From: an uncultured Chloroflexia bacterium
GTDB taxonomy: Bacteria; Chloroflexota; Limnocylindria; Limnocylindrales; CSP1-4
NCBI GenBank assembly: GCA_963734535.1
Contig: CAVTHS010000011.1
Coordinates: 128,001 to 192,000 of the forward strand
Direction: 5' to 3'
DNA: 64,000 nucleotides
In this document: piece by piece, positions 61,843 to 64,000 of the stretch
Layout: each line of letters opens with the position of its first letter
How positions within the stretch are numbered: position 1 is the stretch's first letter
Notes under the pieces: model-generated
What the model was told of the DNA's origin: nothing
Databases searched by the model: none
The model's input: only the letters and a program-made list of their open reading frames with translations
Made by a program: the position numbers and the translations under genes

Positions 61843-61969
61843 CGGGCCATCGCGTCGTTGTCGCCTCGCGCCGTACTCGCGCTCCGCACCTCAGGTGTGG
61901 CGCGCTCGCGTGCTCGGCTCCGCCGAGCGCTGACCTCGTCCTGGCGGCCCCGAGGGACGAGGAGTCGCG

Positions 61970-62566
61970 ATGACGGACCAGAAGGCGCCGCCCGAGCGCC
62001 GCGTCGTCCTGCCGGTGGATCCGACCCGGCGGACGGAGATCGACAAGCAGCGCGTGCCGATGTCGGCACGCCCATACCGCCTGCTCGCGCTCGTCAAGCA
62101 GGACGCCGTGGTCCGGGTCCAGAAGGAACCCGACGACACGGTCATGACCTGGCCGCACCTGCTGTCGATCGAGTTCCTGGCGGCAGTCTTCATGAGCATC
62201 TTCGTCCTGTTCATGGGCCTCTTCGTGAACGCACCGCTCGAGGAGCTGGCCAACCCGAACGTCACGCCGGAGGTCGCCAAGGCCCCGTGGTACTTCCTGG
62301 GACTCCAGGAGCTGCTGGCCTACTTCCACCCGACCGTCGCGGGCGCCCTCTCGCCCCTCTTCGTGCTGGTCGGCGCGGCGCTCATCCCGTTCGTCGATCG
62401 CGAGAACATCCGGGCCAATCGACCGTCGGATCGCAAGACGGCGGTCGTCCTCTTCACGCTGTTCTGCGCGCTCGGGCTCGTGCTGACGTTCCTGGGCATC
62501 TTCTTCCGCGGTCCCGGGTACGCGTTCACGTTGCCCTGGATCAGCGGATTCCACTTCAGCCTGTGA
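61970..62566 (+). CDS. Cytochrome b subunit IV-like protein
   Basis: WPHLL, APLEELANP, KAPWYFLGLQELL (PEWY variant), PFVDR. Confidence 0.88.
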   Translation: MTDQKAPPERRVVLPVDPTRRTEIDKQRVPMSARPYRLLALVKQDAVVRVQKEPDDTVMTWPHLLSIEFLAAVFMSIFVLFMGLFVNAPLEELANPNVTPEVAKAPWYFLGLQELLAYFHPTVAGALSPLFVLVGAALIPFVDRENIRANRPSDRKTAVVLFTLFCALGLVLTFLGIFFRGPGYAFTLPWISGFHFSL

Positions 62567-62573
62567 GCGTCCC

Positions 62574-63246
62574 ATGAGCAACTACCACGTCGAGCCCGCC
62601 AGCAAGCCCCAGGCCCTCACGAGCGAGGCGCTCAAGTCGATGCGCACGGAGGCCCCGAAGGGCCTCTCGCGACGGCAGCTCCTCCGGACGTCGCTCGGCG
62701 CGAGCGTCGGCCTCTGGCTCCTGGAGGTGTCGCGCCGGCACGCATCGGGTTCCTGTGGCCGAACCTGTCGGGCGGCTTCGGCGGGCAAGGTCGAGATCGG
62801 CACGCTCCAGGACATCAAGAACACGAACTCGTCCCTGCCGATCGGGGACGGCTTCCCGGCCTACTACCAGGAGGCCCGGGCCTTCATCATGCTCGTGGAC
62901 CCCACCCGCCAGGAGTTCGTCCCCGGCGAGGATCGCTCCGGCGACGGCACGGCGCTCAACGTCCGCGCGCTCTACCAGCGCTGCCCGCACCTGGGCTGCA
63001 AGCCGAACTTGTGCCTGAAGAGCTTCTGGCTCGAATGCCCGTGCCACGGCTCGCGCTACGATCGCCTGGGGACGAAGGTCAAGGAGCTGGGGCCGGCGCC
63101 GCGCTCGATGGACCGGTTCGCCGTGATCGTCCAGGCCGACGGGAAGCTCGTCCTCGACACCAGCAAGATCACGCTCGGGCCGCTGCCGGTGGCGCTCGGC
63201 CAGCCCGGGCCTCATCCCGTCGAAGAGCTCGACCGGCTGCATCTGA
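62574..63246 (+). CDS. Rieske [2Fe-2S] protein with Tat signal (small frameshifts)
   Basis: LSRRQLLR; CPHLGC; CPCHGSRYD; GPAPRSMDRF. Confidence 0.9.
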
Positions 63247-63277
63247 GCCGACCGATGACCACGACCCGAGAACCCCG

Positions 63278-64000
63278 ATGACCGACCAGCCCGGCGCAGC
63301 GCCCGGAGGAGCGCCTGCCCGTCCCGCGCGAGCCGTCCGAGGTCGCCCGGGAGGGCGTGCGGCGACGGGTCGTTCGGCGACCGATCGCCGCCGACCGAGC
63401 GGTTCACCGCGCACCCGACCGCGCATCGCGTCGGGCTCTCGCCGGAGCGCGCCGCGAAGATCGTCACCCAGAGCGCCAGCGCCCGCTGGGTCGCCTTCCT
63501 CGCCGTCTCGATCGTCGCGCTCTTCGTGATCGTCTACTACTTCTACGACCTGGGCGTGCCCGGCGTGGCGAACACCAGCCGCCTCGAGAAGGAGGTCGCG
63601 GTCCAGCAGGTCACCGACGTGACGGCCGGCTACAAGCTCTTCGAGGCGAACTGCGCGCGCTGCCACGGCGCCCAGGGGCAGGGCGGGATCGGGCCGGTCC
63701 TCAACGACCAGGCGAAGCTCCTCACCCACCTGACGCCGAAGTACCTGACGACGGTCCTGACGGTCGGCGGCCGGTACGTCTGCGGCGACGCCGCCTCGCT
63801 GATGCCGGCCTGGCTCGAGCCCAACGGCCCGCTCAACTACCGCGACGTCGAGGAGCTCGTCGCGTTCATCCGGGCGCCGTCGACGACTCGAGTTCCAGGG
63901 AGTCGACCCGGCGACCGGCCTGATCACCACGCTGAACGGCTGGCGCGACCCGGCCTTCGCGCCCGCCCCGGGCTCCACGCCGGTCCCGAACTGCTGGAAG
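63278..64000 (+). CDS. Membrane-anchored c-type cytochrome, truncated at window end
   Basis: TM helix WVAFLAVSIVALFVIVYYF; NCARCHG; GGIGPVLN; MPAW axial Met. Confidence 0.82.

Noticed and set aside
61843-61969. Intergenic hairpin CTCGTCC/GGACGAG between the cytochrome b subunits as a ncRNA or REP element
   Set aside because: It is short and GC-rich, with no second copy seen in the window; support is insufficient.
1-64000. Many frameshifted genes read as pseudogenes or programmed frameshifts
   Set aside because: Single-base indels hit unrelated housekeeping genes (thiE, thiL, cytochrome b, Rieske, ABC binding protein) with no accompanying decay or shared slippery motif. Uncorrected long-read error fits best; read polishing would settle it.

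Overview
Very GC-rich bacterial chromosomal DNA with about 55 genes. The lineage is an inference: gene content and leaderless promoters suggest a monoderm Chloroflexota- or Actinomycetota-like organism. Many conserved genes carry single-base frameshifts that look like long-read assembly errors. In order, the window holds: a giant secreted clan-CD (gingipain/C25-like) protease with a (SPSQW)12 repeat; a two-cyclase/STAND-ATPase/TPR protein; a DeoR-associated sugar uptake and catabolism cluster with an archaeal-type TIM and YjbQ; an ECF sigma/anti-sigma pair; cydAB; a WYL regulator next to a SAMHD1-like HD hydrolase; an amino-acid ABC transporter; a BldC-like HTH-4xGAF-GGDEF fusion; a TPP-riboswitch thiamine salvage operon; an IS110 element; and a flavoprotein-coupled Rieske/cytochrome b6-type operon. 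The strongest signal is the IS110 element (54721-55978). Its non-coding left end folds into a bridge-RNA-like structure whose four guide segments match its own junctions. The reconstructed target is a leaderless promoter (-10 box, 7 nt, ATG of bcp). The element's right end supplies a Shine-Dalgarno sequence to the displaced gene, and its left end carries an anti-SD for its own transposase.
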